A stretch of 64,000 nucleotides of DNA from Acidimicrobiales bacterium (GTDB lineage: Bacteria > Actinomycetota > Acidimicrobiia > Acidimicrobiales > SZUA-35): assembly GCA_965216675.1 (NCBI GenBank), contig CBDCGK010000004.1:455692-519691 (forward strand). Reading direction: 5' to 3'. The first letter of the stretch is position 1. Each line of letters begins with the position of its first letter. The notes under the pieces were generated by a model, which worked only from the letters and a program-made list of their open reading frames with translations, had not been told where the DNA came from and did not search any database. This document shows positions 33,446 to 42,073 of this stretch, piece after piece. Made by a program: the position numbers and the translations under genes.

Positions 33446-34378
33446 ATGCCCTCCGCTCCGGCAACCGACACCCTTCGAATCGGTTACGCCACACCGGTCG
33501 GTCTCTGGAACGCGTCCCGGGCGGACAAACACCGCATGCTCGATCAACTCCACGAGGCCGGCATCGACCACGTCTACATGGCCGACCACGTCTCGTTTCG
33601 CGATGGTCACGGCACCGACGGATTCGTCGAGATCGCCGGATTGTCCCAACTCCACGATCACCTCGGGGTCATGATCAGCGTCTACCTGCTGGCGCTTCGA
33701 CATCCGATGGCCGTGGCCAGACAGATGGCGACGATGACACAGCTCGCCCCGGGGCGGGTGTCGCTCGGTGTCGGCGTCGGCGGTGATGACCGCCACGAGA
33801 TCGAGGTCTGTGGTGTCGATCCCCGGACCCGGGGACGCCGTACCGACGAGTGTCTGGCGATCCTGCGCCTACTGGCCGACGGTAATCCGATCGACTACAC
33901 GGGTGAGTTCTTCGACCTCGACGCGGCGTCGATCAAGCCGCCGATCGGCTCGATTCCGATACTGATCGGGGGACGGTCCGATGCCGCCCTGGTTCGCACG
34001 GGACGACATGGCGACGGCTGGATCGGCGCCTGGTGCTCACCACGGCGCTTCGCCGAGGCGGTCGACATCATCGACGAGGCCGCGGCCGAGGCGGGACGGG
34101 CCGCGAACTGGATCCACGGCTACCAGCCATGGATCGGCGTCGGACGGACCCGGGACCAGGCTCGACAAGCCGTGGCGGGCGCCATGGAGCGCTTCTACCG
34201 CGTGCCCTTCGAGCGATTCGAGCGCTACACGCCGTACGGCGGCGTCGAAGAGGTCGCCGAGCGTCTGCAGCCCTATCGAGAGGCCGGATGCCGGCTGTTC
34301 AACCTGAAGGTGGTCGCTCACGACGAACCCACCGCCATGGAGGCCGCCGGTCGAATCGCCGGGCTACTCAGAGCCTGA
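33446..34378 (+). CDS. Luciferase-like monooxygenase (LLM) class, probably an F420-dependent oxidoreductase
   Basis: AGIDHVYMADHVSF, APGRVSLGVGVGG, ILIGGRSDAALVRTGRHGDGWIG and an LLM TIM-barrel pattern. Confidence 0.75.
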   Translation: MPSAPATDTLRIGYATPVGLWNASRADKHRMLDQLHEAGIDHVYMADHVSFRDGHGTDGFVEIAGLSQLHDHLGVMISVYLLALRHPMAVARQMATMTQLAPGRVSLGVGVGGDDRHEIEVCGVDPRTRGRRTDECLAILRLLADGNPIDYTGEFFDLDAASIKPPIGSIPILIGGRSDAALVRTGRHGDGWIGAWCSPRRFAEAVDIIDEAAAEAGRAANWIHGYQPWIGVGRTRDQARQAVAGAMERFYRVPFERFERYTPYGGVEEVAERLQPYREAGCRLFNLKVVAHDEPTAMEAAGRIAGLLRA

Positions 34379-34426
34379 TACCCGATCGAGGGCCTGACAC
34401 GGCGAGTCCGTCGATGGAGGAGACGG

Positions 34427-35833
34427 TCAGAGCGAATCGAGTTCGAGCACCGCCGCTCGAATGGCGTGAGCCAGCGGATCGAGATCGTCGATCAACTGCC
34501 GGTCGGCGATCAGGCACAAATCCACCGACTCCGCTTGCGACAACACGCAGATCGACAGTCCGGTTCCGTCGACCAGCGCCGGCAACGAGTAGCGGTGCAG
34601 CACCGGGGCACCGAGCACATCACTCTGGTTGCGTTCACCGGGCACGCTGACCACGACCACATTGAACGGCGGATGGAACCGCGAACCCGAGCCGGTCCGG
34701 GCCATCAGGCGCGAGGCCATCGCCGCCACAGCCGGAGAAGCCTGGTAGAGCCGGCGGATGGTGTCGACCGGATGGGCTTCCACCGATTCGAGCAGCTCGT
34801 CCATCTGAGTCCGGATCGAGGTGAGTCGATCGAGTCCGTCGTCGGCGTCGGTGGCCAACCCGATCAGGGCCGTCCCCAACGGCTGGTCGACCGAGTTCAC
34901 CAGGATCGGCGCCAACGCAACAAGCTGATCGACGGGCAGTTCACCGCGGTCGATCAACCAGCGCCGCAATCCGCCGCCGACGGCAGCCAGCACGACGTCG
35001 TTGAACCGGGCGCCATGCCGCTTGCGGATGTCTCGGAGCGGACCGATCGGCAGCGACGTCAGCGACACCTTCCGAGTCGCTCCAAGCGCTCGGTTGAACG
35101 GCAGCCGGGGGGCGGTCAGATCGCCGACGTCGACCTCGACGTCACCGTGCGGGGCAGCCCACTGGGCGGCCAGCGACGGCAGGATCTGCGGCCCGATGAC
35201 CGGGATGTTCCGGGCCAGGGAGACCCCGAAACGACCCCATCGAACCGGCGACCGCAACTGGGACACGACCGCGTGGGCCAGCAGCTGCTGGTCGTCGAGC
35301 GGCTCCGTACCCGGCGGTTCGTCGGCCATGGAGCGCAGCGGTGGAACCACCGGCTCGCCGGCCAACCCGGCGGCGGTGAGCGGGGTCACGAGGTCGAGTC
35401 CGGTGATGCCCTCGATCAGGACGTGGTGCACCTTGACGTAGATGCCGGCGCTGCCGTCGGGACGGTCGATCAGATACAGCTCCCAGAGCGGCCGTTCGCG
35501 GTTGAGTGGCCGTTCGTGGAGGCGGGCGATCAGCGCCGCCTCCTTGTCGCCGCCGCCGGACGACGGAACGCCGATGTGGCGGAGGTGGAAGCTCAGATCG
35601 AACCGCTCGTCCCGTTCCCACCAAGGCCGATCGAGACGGAGAGGCACCTCTCGAAGTCGGAAACGCAGCTCCGGCACGACGGCGAGGCGCTGCTCGACCA
35701 GCTCGCTCAGGTGTTCGAAGTCGAAGTCAGGGGCACTCGTCGGGTCGACGACCGTGTAGACCGACGTGTGACCGAGGTTTGTCGGCGTCTCGGACCGCAG
35801 GAGCGCGGCCTCCCGTGGGGTGAGCTGGCGCAT
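34427..35833 (-). CDS. Wax ester synthase / diacylglycerol acyltransferase (WS/DGAT) family protein
   Basis: Start at MRQLTPREAALL. PLWELYLI..., KVHHVLIEGITG (the HHxxxDG active-site motif with Glu in place of Asp), NDVVLAAVGGGLRRW and a C-terminal FNVVVSVPG. TGATG overlap with the upstream gene. Confidence 0.8.
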   Translation of the reverse strand: MRQLTPREAALLRSETPTNLGHTSVYTVVDPTSAPDFDFEHLSELVEQRLAVVPELRFRLREVPLRLDRPWWERDERFDLSFHLRHIGVPSSGGGDKEAALIARLHERPLNRERPLWELYLIDRPDGSAGIYVKVHHVLIEGITGLDLVTPLTAAGLAGEPVVPPLRSMADEPPGTEPLDDQQLLAHAVVSQLRSPVRWGRFGVSLARNIPVIGPQILPSLAAQWAAPHGDVEVDVGDLTAPRLPFNRALGATRKVSLTSLPIGPLRDIRKRHGARFNDVVLAAVGGGLRRWLIDRGELPVDQLVALAPILVNSVDQPLGTALIGLATDADDGLDRLTSIRTQMDELLESVEAHPVDTIRRLYQASPAVAAMASRLMARTGSGSRFHPPFNVVVVSVPGERNQSDVLGAPVLHRYSLPALVDGTGLSICVLSQAESVDLCLIADRQLIDDLDPLAHAIRAAVLELDSL

Positions 35834-36606
35834 CAGCCTCCCTCGATGCTCGGGTACAGCGCCCGGGTCACGGTCGAGACGTCGAACGGCCGCCACTCAC
35901 CGTCGGGTAACGCCAGCCGATCGGCCACGACCCGGAGAACGGCCACGTTCCATCCGAGACCGAAATGGCTGCCCCGGACTTCGATCGCCTCGGCCTGAGG
36001 TCCGGGTGTCTGCCGGCAGGCGATGCCCGGGACGACGCCGTCGTGACGGGTCCAGATCGTCGTCGACGGTACGGGAATACGATCGACGTCGAGCCGCTGG
36101 GAGGCGAAGGCGAACTTCCAGATCGAGCCCATCAGCTCGAACAGGAAACTCACGTTCGACTGCTGGCGGTCGATCTTGATGGGCGATCCGAGGGTTATCA
36201 CCTGGCGCACCATCTCCGGACGGTTCAACGCCAACATACGGCCGAACACACCACCCAGACTCCAGCCAATGATGTCGATCGGGCCCCGATGGCGGTTGTG
36301 GAGACGGACGAGCATACGATCCAGCCCCGCCACCACATGATCGGCGGGACCGACGTTGCGCCCGATTCCCCACCCGTAGGGACGATGACCCTGACTCCAG
36401 AGGAACGTTCGCAGCGGGAGCGTCGACTGATCGGTGCCGATGAATCCTGGCACCACGAGAACCGGCCGTGACTGGGCGGACGGCGTCGACACGGCGGCCG
36501 TCACCGCGGCCAGCGGGAACGCGGCCAATTCGGGAACGGCGAGCAGCTCGCGCCACAAGCCGGCGGGCCGAACGTCGGTGGGACCGCTTTCGTCACCATC
36601 GGCCAT
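35833..36606 (-). CDS. Alpha/beta hydrolase (lipase/esterase-like)
   Basis: PVLVVPGFIGTD and IDIIGWSLGGVFGR (GxSxG nucleophile elbow). Start provisionally at ATG 36606, because AT-richer non-coding-looking sequence lies upstream. Confidence 0.6.
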   Translation of the reverse strand: MADGDESGPTDVRPAGLWRELLAVPELAAFPLAAVTAAVSTPSAQSRPVLVVPGFIGTDQSTLPLRTFLWSQGHRPYGWGIGRNVGPADHVVAGLDRMLVRLHNRHRGPIDIIGWSLGGVFGRMLALNRPEMVRQVITLGSPIKIDRQQSNVSFLFELMGSIWKFAFASQRLDVDRIPVPSTTIWTRHDGVVPGIACRQTPGPQAEAIEVRGSHFGLGWNVAVLRVVADRLALPDGEWRPFDVSTVTRALYPSIEGG

Positions 36607-36814
36607 CAGCGAGCCGTCGTCGAACGCGGCAGGGCTCAATGCGACTTCGTGCAACGGTCCGGCCTTACCATGAGGACTCAATTTTATCCGACGACGCGCC
36701 TCCACCCGGGGTCGGACCCGAGGAGGGTAAAGATACCCACCTGCGACCCCGGCAAGCCGGCGCTGTCGGATCCCGACCGCCACAGCGGGCCCAGGTTGGC
36801 TACCGTCGCAGATC

Positions 36815-38443
36815 ATGAGCGATGCAACCGGGGGACCCGACTCGTACGACGCCGACGCGCCCGAGGGCCCGTCCGAACCGGCGACGACGTCCGGCGCCAT
36901 GACGGCGACCAACCCACGACTGCCTCCTCCCCCTCCTCCAACCGATCGGCCGCCCCCGAATCCCGCCGAACGCGCACAACCCGATGTTCGATGGCCCCGA
37001 GTCGTCCGCCCACCCTCGTCGCTGAAGCCGGCATGGGTCGCAGCCGTCGTGCTCGCGGCGCTGTTGACCGACCTGGCGTTGCGTCGGGTGCCGTGGGATC
37101 AGGCGGCAACGTCGCTGCTCATCGCCGCAATCGCCCTCGGCTTGGCCGTCTCGGGCTTCGTGACATCCCGTTCGGCGCGGATCATGCTTGTCCTGGCCAC
37201 GTTTTTCGGCGCGTTCCTGACCTGGCGGACCGGGTTCTTGTTGAGCGCGTTCAACCTCCTGGCCGCCGTCGGGCTGCTGACGGCAGCGGCCGCGTTCGGT
37301 CGCCGTGGCGACATCTGGAACGCCGGGCCGGGGCGCCTGATCGCCGCCGCGGTGGCGGTCCTCGAGGGCATGCTCTTCGTGCCGGTCGGCGGTATCGAGG
37401 AGGCCGAGGCCCGGTACCACGCCTGGAATCGCGAAGGCAACGAGACGGCTCGGGCGGTGGTACGTGGTGTCGCCATCGCCGGTCCGACCGTCCTCGTGCT
37501 CGGCCTGCTCCTGGCTTCCGCCGACGTCGTCTTCGAGTCGTTCTTCACCGGCTACGACCTCCGACTCGGCACGCTGCTCGGCCATCTCATCCTGATGGCG
37601 GTCGGGGCGGGAGCGATGACCGTGCTGCTTCGGGTGGCCTCGCGCCGGGCGGAGCCCCGGATCACCGGCCCGGGCTGGTCGTTGGGGGTGGTCGAGGTCT
37701 CGATACTGCTGGGCTCGATCACCGCGCTGTTCGCCGTTTTCGCCTACGCCCAGCTCGTCACCGTCATGGGCGGGGCCGACGAGGCGCTGAGCCGGGCCGG
37801 GCTCGACCCCAAGCAGTTCGCCCGCCAGGGCTTCTTCCAGCTGCTCTGGGTGGCCGCGATCACCCTGGCCGTCGTGATGATTGTCAGGGTGTTGGCCGAC
37901 CGATCGGATGGGGCGCGACGGGTGGCCACGACGCTCGGTCTCGTGACGGTGGCTCTCACGCTGGTCATCGTCACGGTGGCCATGGCCCGAATAGCGTTCT
38001 ACGTCGACGACAGCGGACTCACCGCTCGACGGCTCTACGCCGCAGTCATCTCGGCCTGGATCGCCATCAGCTTCGTCCTGGTCGCCGCTCGACTCCTCGG
38101 CCTGCGCCGCGACCGGGCCTGGCTCACACCGGCCTCGGTCCTCAGCGCCGTCGTCCTCCTGCTGGTGTTGAACCTGGCCAACCCGCAGCGGCGAATCGCC
38201 GAGAACAACCTGGCTCGCAACGAGGACGTGCTTGTATGGCACGTACGTCACGACCAGTTCGTCGGTGAGGGTCGAGCCGAACTGGCCGACAACCTCGACC
38301 GCCTCTCGCCTGACCTGGCGGTCGAGGTGCGGGGGGAGCTTTGCGCCCGATACCGACACGATGGAGCCGATGACGACGGCTGGCTCTCGTTCAACGCCGG
38401 TCGAACCAGAGCAGCCGACGCCATCGGACGTCTCTGCGGTTGA
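36815..38443 (+). CDS. Polytopic membrane protein (DUF4153/DUF4173-like) with a Pro-rich N-terminus
   Basis: About 10 hydrophobic segments, with no catalytic motif that I recognise. The overlapping long ORFs on both strands have Arg/Pro/Gly-rich junk composition. Confidence 0.6.
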   Translation: MSDATGGPDSYDADAPEGPSEPATTSGAMTATNPRLPPPPPPTDRPPPNPAERAQPDVRWPRVVRPPSSLKPAWVAAVVLAALLTDLALRRVPWDQAATSLLIAAIALGLAVSGFVTSRSARIMLVLATFFGAFLTWRTGFLLSAFNLLAAVGLLTAAAAFGRRGDIWNAGPGRLIAAAVAVLEGMLFVPVGGIEEAEARYHAWNREGNETARAVVRGVAIAGPTVLVLGLLLASADVVFESFFTGYDLRLGTLLGHLILMAVGAGAMTVLLRVASRRAEPRITGPGWSLGVVEVSILLGSITALFAVFAYAQLVTVMGGADEALSRAGLDPKQFARQGFFQLLWVAAITLAVVMIVRVLADRSDGARRVATTLGLVTVALTLVIVTVAMARIAFYVDDSGLTARRLYAAVISAWIAISFVLVAARLLGLRRDRAWLTPASVLSAVVLLLVLNLANPQRRIAENNLARNEDVLVWHVRHDQFVGEGRAELADNLDRLSPDLAVEVRGELCARYRHDGADDDGWLSFNAGRTRAADAIGRLCG

Positions 38444-38450
38444 GCAATTT

Positions 38451-39830
38451 CTACGCCGGCACCTCCGGCCGGTCCCAGGCGCCGTAGCCACCGAGAATGT
38501 CGGAGACGTCACCGAATCCGGCCTGACGAAGCGAGCTGGCGGCCACCGACGAACGGTATCCACCGGCGCAGAACACCACGGTGGTCTTGTCGGGGTCGAG
38601 CTCGCCAGTCCGGCTCGGCAGTTCACCTACCGGGATGTTGACCGCACCGGGGATCGTGCCCAGCTTGGCCTCGCCCTGGTTGCGGACGTCGACCAGTTGC
38701 AGATCGTCGAGTTCGGCGCGTCGGTCGTCGAACTCCGCCACCGTCAGGCGAGATGCCCGCCGGACCCGGTCGGGATTGCCCTCCATCACCGCCAATGGGC
38801 TCTGGAGGAAGCCGACCACCCGGTCGAAACCGATTCGAGCCAGCCGGTTCTTCGCTTCGAGTTCGAAGCCGTCGTCGACGACCAGCACGATGTCGACATC
38901 GGAGGGGACGACCGACCCGGCGAACTCGGCGTAGCGGCCGTTGAGGCCGACGTTGATCGAACCTGCGAGGTGCCCCCGGGCGAAGTCCTCGGGATCCCTG
39001 CCGTCGATGATCATGGCCCCGTCGGCCACGACCCGGTCGAACCCGTCGAGATCGAGCGCCGGTGGCAGCGCGGTCTCGTCGAGCAGTTCACGGTCCTTGC
39101 GGTTGAGAATGGCGTCGTAGACGAAGTAGTCGGGGGCCGGCGGTTGGCCCTCGGTGACGAGTTCGATGAACGTCTCACGGTCGGGGGCGAGCAGGGCGTA
39201 GTTGGTCTGCTTCTGCTCCCCCATCGTCGACCAGGTGTCGGTCGACAGGTTCTTGCCGCAGGCCGAACCGGCCCCGTGGGCGGGATAGACCTTGGTGGCA
39301 TCGGGCAGCGGCATCAGCTTGTTGTGCAGGCTGTCGTAGAGCTTCTCGGCCAGTTCGTCGCGGCTGAAGCCGATCGACGCCAGCAGATCGGGGCGGCCGA
39401 CATCGCCGATGAAGAGGGTGTCGCCGGTCAACACGCCATAAGGCGTCTCGTCGCCGGCGTGCTCCCGCACCACGATGCTCATCGACTCGGGTGTGTGACC
39501 CGGCGTGTGCAGAATCTCGAGCGTGACCTCGCCGAGGCTGATCACCTCGCCGTCGGCCAGCTTGCGAGCCGGGAATTCGGGCTCGGCGACCGACGAGAAG
39601 CCGATCTCGGCGCCGGTCGCCTCGGCCAGTTCGAGGTGCCCCGACAGGAAGTCGGCGTGGAAGTGGGTCTCGAGCACCAGGTCGATGGTGAGACCCGCTT
39701 CGGTGGCGTCGGCCACGTACTCGTTGATGTCCCGGCGAGGGTCGACGACGACGGCCCGGCCGGAGGTCTCGTCACCGATCAGGTAGGAGGCGTGCGACAG
39801 GCAGTCGAGGTAGTACTGGTTGAAGATCAT
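38451..39830 (-). CDS. Persulfide dioxygenase (MBL fold) fused to two rhodanese domains (CstB-like architecture)
   Basis: LETHFHADFLSG (HxHxDH), TPGHTPES and GDTLFIGDVGRPDL. A first rhodanese-like domain follows without a catalytic Cys, then a second with VVFCAGGYRSS. Confidence 0.85.
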   Translation of the reverse strand: MIFNQYYLDCLSHASYLIGDETSGRAVVVDPRRDINEYVADATEAGLTIDLVLETHFHADFLSGHLELAEATGAEIGFSSVAEPEFPARKLADGEVISLGEVTLEILHTPGHTPESMSIVVREHAGDETPYGVLTGDTLFIGDVGRPDLLASIGFSRDELAEKLYDSLHNKLMPLPDATKVYPAHGAGSACGKNLSTDTWSTMGEQKQTNYALLAPDRETFIELVTEGQPPAPDYFVYDAILNRKDRELLDETALPPALDLDGFDRVVADGAMIIDGRDPEDFARGHLAGSINVGLNGRYAEFAGSVVPSDVDIVLVVDDGFELEAKNRLARIGFDRVVGFLQSPLAVMEGNPDRVRRASRLTVAEFDDRRAELDDLQLVDVRNQGEAKLGTIPGAVNIPVGELPSRTGELDPDKTTVVFCAGGYRSSVAASSLRQAGFGDVSDILGGYGAWDRPEVPA

Positions 39831-39915
39831 TTGTTTGCCTTTCTCGGAATCGTCCGGGCTGTGAATCGGGTCGGTTGATGAGTTGTGGGATCGGGTGTGC
39901 GGATCAGGTTGCCAA

Positions 39916-40224
39916 TCAGGTTTGGCTGTCGTGTGCCAGCATCCCGCCGGTCAGGTTGACGACGTCGCCGAATCCTCTCGACGCCAGGAACCCGGCGGCC
40001 TGACCGCTCCGGGCCCCCGATCGACAGAGGAGGACGATCCGTCGGTCGTGGCGGAGTTCGTTCGTTCGGTACGGGAGCTCGCCCAACGGGATGTTCACGG
40101 CGCCGGGCAGGGTGCCGGCGGCCACCTCCTCCGGCTCGCGAACATCGATGAGCTGTGACCCCTCACCGAGCAGCGACCGATAGTCGGTGACCGGGTGTTC
40201 GGTGTAGGTGGCTTGGGTGTGCAT
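39916..40224 (-). CDS. Single-domain rhodanese sulfurtransferase
   Basis: QLIDVREPEEVAAGTLPGAVNIPLGEL and the active-site loop VLLCRSGARSGQAA. Confidence 0.85.
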   Translation of the reverse strand: MHTQATYTEHPVTDYRSLLGEGSQLIDVREPEEVAAGTLPGAVNIPLGELPYRTNELRHDRRIVLLCRSGARSGQAAGFLASRGFGDVVNLTGGMLAHDSQT

Positions 40225-40261
40225 GGTGTCTCCTTGGGGAGTCCTGGAAACGTTCAGAGGA

Positions 40262-42046
40262 TCAAATTCGGCCCGGAGTGCTGAGAGCAGGCGTCTCGTC
40301 GGACCGGGGGCGTTCGTCGATACCCGAGGCCACGGGGTCGGCGGGTGCCGAGGCTCCGGTCACGATGGCGGCCACGGCGTCATGGGTTGAGGCGTGGATC
40401 CGGTCGACCAGACTGTCCCACAACCGGCAACGGCGTAGCACGTCGCGGACGGGTCCCTTGACGCCCGACAGGTGCAGGCTGACCCCCCGGCGGTCGAGGT
40501 CCTCGACGATCTCTCCCATGGTCTCGGCCCCGGTGGCATCGATGTCGTTGATCCCCGACGCGTCGAGGACCAGCGCGGCGGGAGGTGATACGAGGGCCCG
40601 AGTGCCGTGGGCGGCCATGAGCTTCTTGACGTGGTCGGCGTTGACGAACGAGACGGCGGCGTCGATGCGGACGATGTGGATGCCGTCGACGACGTCGACG
40701 TCATCGAATCGAGCGACGTTGCGGTAGGTGGTGGTACCGGGGACGTGACCCAGAACAGCGGTGTGCGGCTTGGACATGCGGGCGAACACCACAAGCATCG
40801 ACGCAACCACGGCAACCGCGATACCGACCTCGATTCCCAGCAACAGCGTGGCTGCGAAGGCGGTGACCAGCCCGACGAGATCGGTCTTCTTCACCGCGGC
40901 GATGTGGCGCATCTCGGCCACGTCCACCAGGCCGACGACGGCGGCGATGATGATGGCGCCCAGCGCGGCATTGGGCAGCGACCGGAAGAGCGGGGTGAGA
41001 AAGGCGATCGTGGCCAGGATCACCGCGGCGGTCACCACCGATGCGAGCGGCGTGCGGGCTCCGGCGGATTCGTTGACCGCGGTTCGGGAGAAGCCGCCGG
41101 TGACCGGGTAGCCGCCGAACAGGCCGGAGGCGACGTTGGCGGCGCCGAGGCCGATCAGCTCCTGATTCGCCTCCACCTCGTAGCGGTGGCGTCTGGCGTA
41201 GACCTTGGCCACGGCGATCGACTCCATGAAGCCGACAATCGTGATCACGATCGCGGTCGGCGCCAGGGTGGTGAGCAGTGAGCCGTCGAATGCCGGAAGG
41301 CTGAAGGCGGGCAAGGAGTCGGGGATGTCGCCGACCACCTTGACACCCTCGTCCTCGAGCGAAAGCAGTTCGACGGCCAGGATGGAGCCGACGACGACCA
41401 CGAGCGCCCCCGGCACCCGTGGCACCCATCGTTTCAGGGCGAACAGCGCACCGAGGCAGGCCATGCCGATCGTCACCGTGGCTGGATTGCTCGAACCGAG
41501 ATCGGCGATCACCCCTTCGACCGTGCCGGCGAAGCTCTCCGCCCGAGGGGGTGAGATCCCGAGCAGGTGTTTGACCTGTGAGAATCCGATGATGATGGCG
41601 GCGGCCGCGGTGAAGCCGACCAGCACCGAATGGGAGAGCAGGTTGACGAGGAAGCCGAGCCGGCCGAGCCCCATGACCAGGTGGACGATGCCGACCAGCA
41701 CCGCCAGGAGTGCGGCGGCGATGAGGTAACCGGCCGTGCCCTCCTCGACGATCGGGGCCAGGGCGGCGGCGGTCATCAGCGAGACGATGGCGACGGGGCC
41801 GACCGCAAGCTGTCGGGACGTACCGAACAACGCGTAGGCCACGATCGACACGGTCGAGGCGTACAGCCCGACTTCGGGGGGCAGGCCGGCGAGCAGGGCA
41901 TACGCCATGGCCTGGGGCACGAGCATCGCGCCGACGGTCAGACCGGCAGCCAAGTCGCTCTGGAGCCAGGCCCGGTCGTATCGCCTGAGCCACTGGGAAA
42001 CTGGAAGAATGGTGGCCAACTCCATAATGACCGAATATACGGACAT
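40262..42046 (-). CDS. SulP-family anion transporter with a C-terminal STAS domain
   Basis: DLAAGLTVGAMLVPQAMAYALLAGLPPEVGLYAS is the SulP signature. There are multiple TM segments and a C-terminal STAS domain (VLDASGINDIDATGAETMGEIVEDLDRRGVSLHLSGV). Confidence 0.9.
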   Translation of the reverse strand: MSVYSVIMELATILPVSQWLRRYDRAWLQSDLAAGLTVGAMLVPQAMAYALLAGLPPEVGLYASTVSIVAYALFGTSRQLAVGPVAIVSLMTAAALAPIVEEGTAGYLIAAALLAVLVGIVHLVMGLGRLGFLVNLLSHSVLVGFTAAAAIIIGFSQVKHLLGISPPRAESFAGTVEGVIADLGSSNPATVTIGMACLGALFALKRWVPRVPGALVVVVGSILAVELLSLEDEGVKVVGDIPDSLPAFSLPAFDGSLLTTLAPTAIVITIVGFMESIAVAKVYARRHRYEVEANQELIGLGAANVASGLFGGYPVTGGFSRTAVNESAGARTPLASVVTAAVILATIAFLTPLFRSLPNAALGAIIIAAVVGLVDVAEMRHIAAVKKTDLVGLVTAFAATLLLGIEVGIAVAVVASMLVVFARMSKPHTAVLGHVPGTTTYRNVARFDDVDVVDGIHIVRIDAAVSFVNADHVKKLMAAHGTRALVSPPAALVLDASGINDIDATGAETMGEIVEDLDRRGVSLHLSGVKGPVRDVLRRCRLWDSLVDRIHASTHDAVAAIVTGASAPADPVASGIDERPRSDETPALSTPGRI

Positions 42047-42073
42047 TTAGCTCATTTGTCAACCTGACCGGCT

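Noticed and set aside
36800-38626. A 608-aa minus-strand ORF, plus the 539-aa ORF at 36649..38268 (+), overlapping the membrane-protein gene
   Set aside because: The translations are Arg/Pro/Gly/His-rich with no hydrophobic core or motifs, which is typical of spurious open frames in high-GC DNA. The 36815..38443 frame gives a coherent multi-TM protein. The same reasoning rejects these long ORFs, each opposite or out of frame to a well-supported gene: 9571..10812 (-), 20423..21523 (-), 25521..27128 (+), 26257..27579 (+), 27906..29450 (+), 34466..35998 (+), 38232..39878 (+), 40701..42269 (-), 44962..47088 (+), 48435..49580 (+), 49526..50566 (-), 52990..54213 (+), 55746..57461 (-) and 61992..63557 (-).
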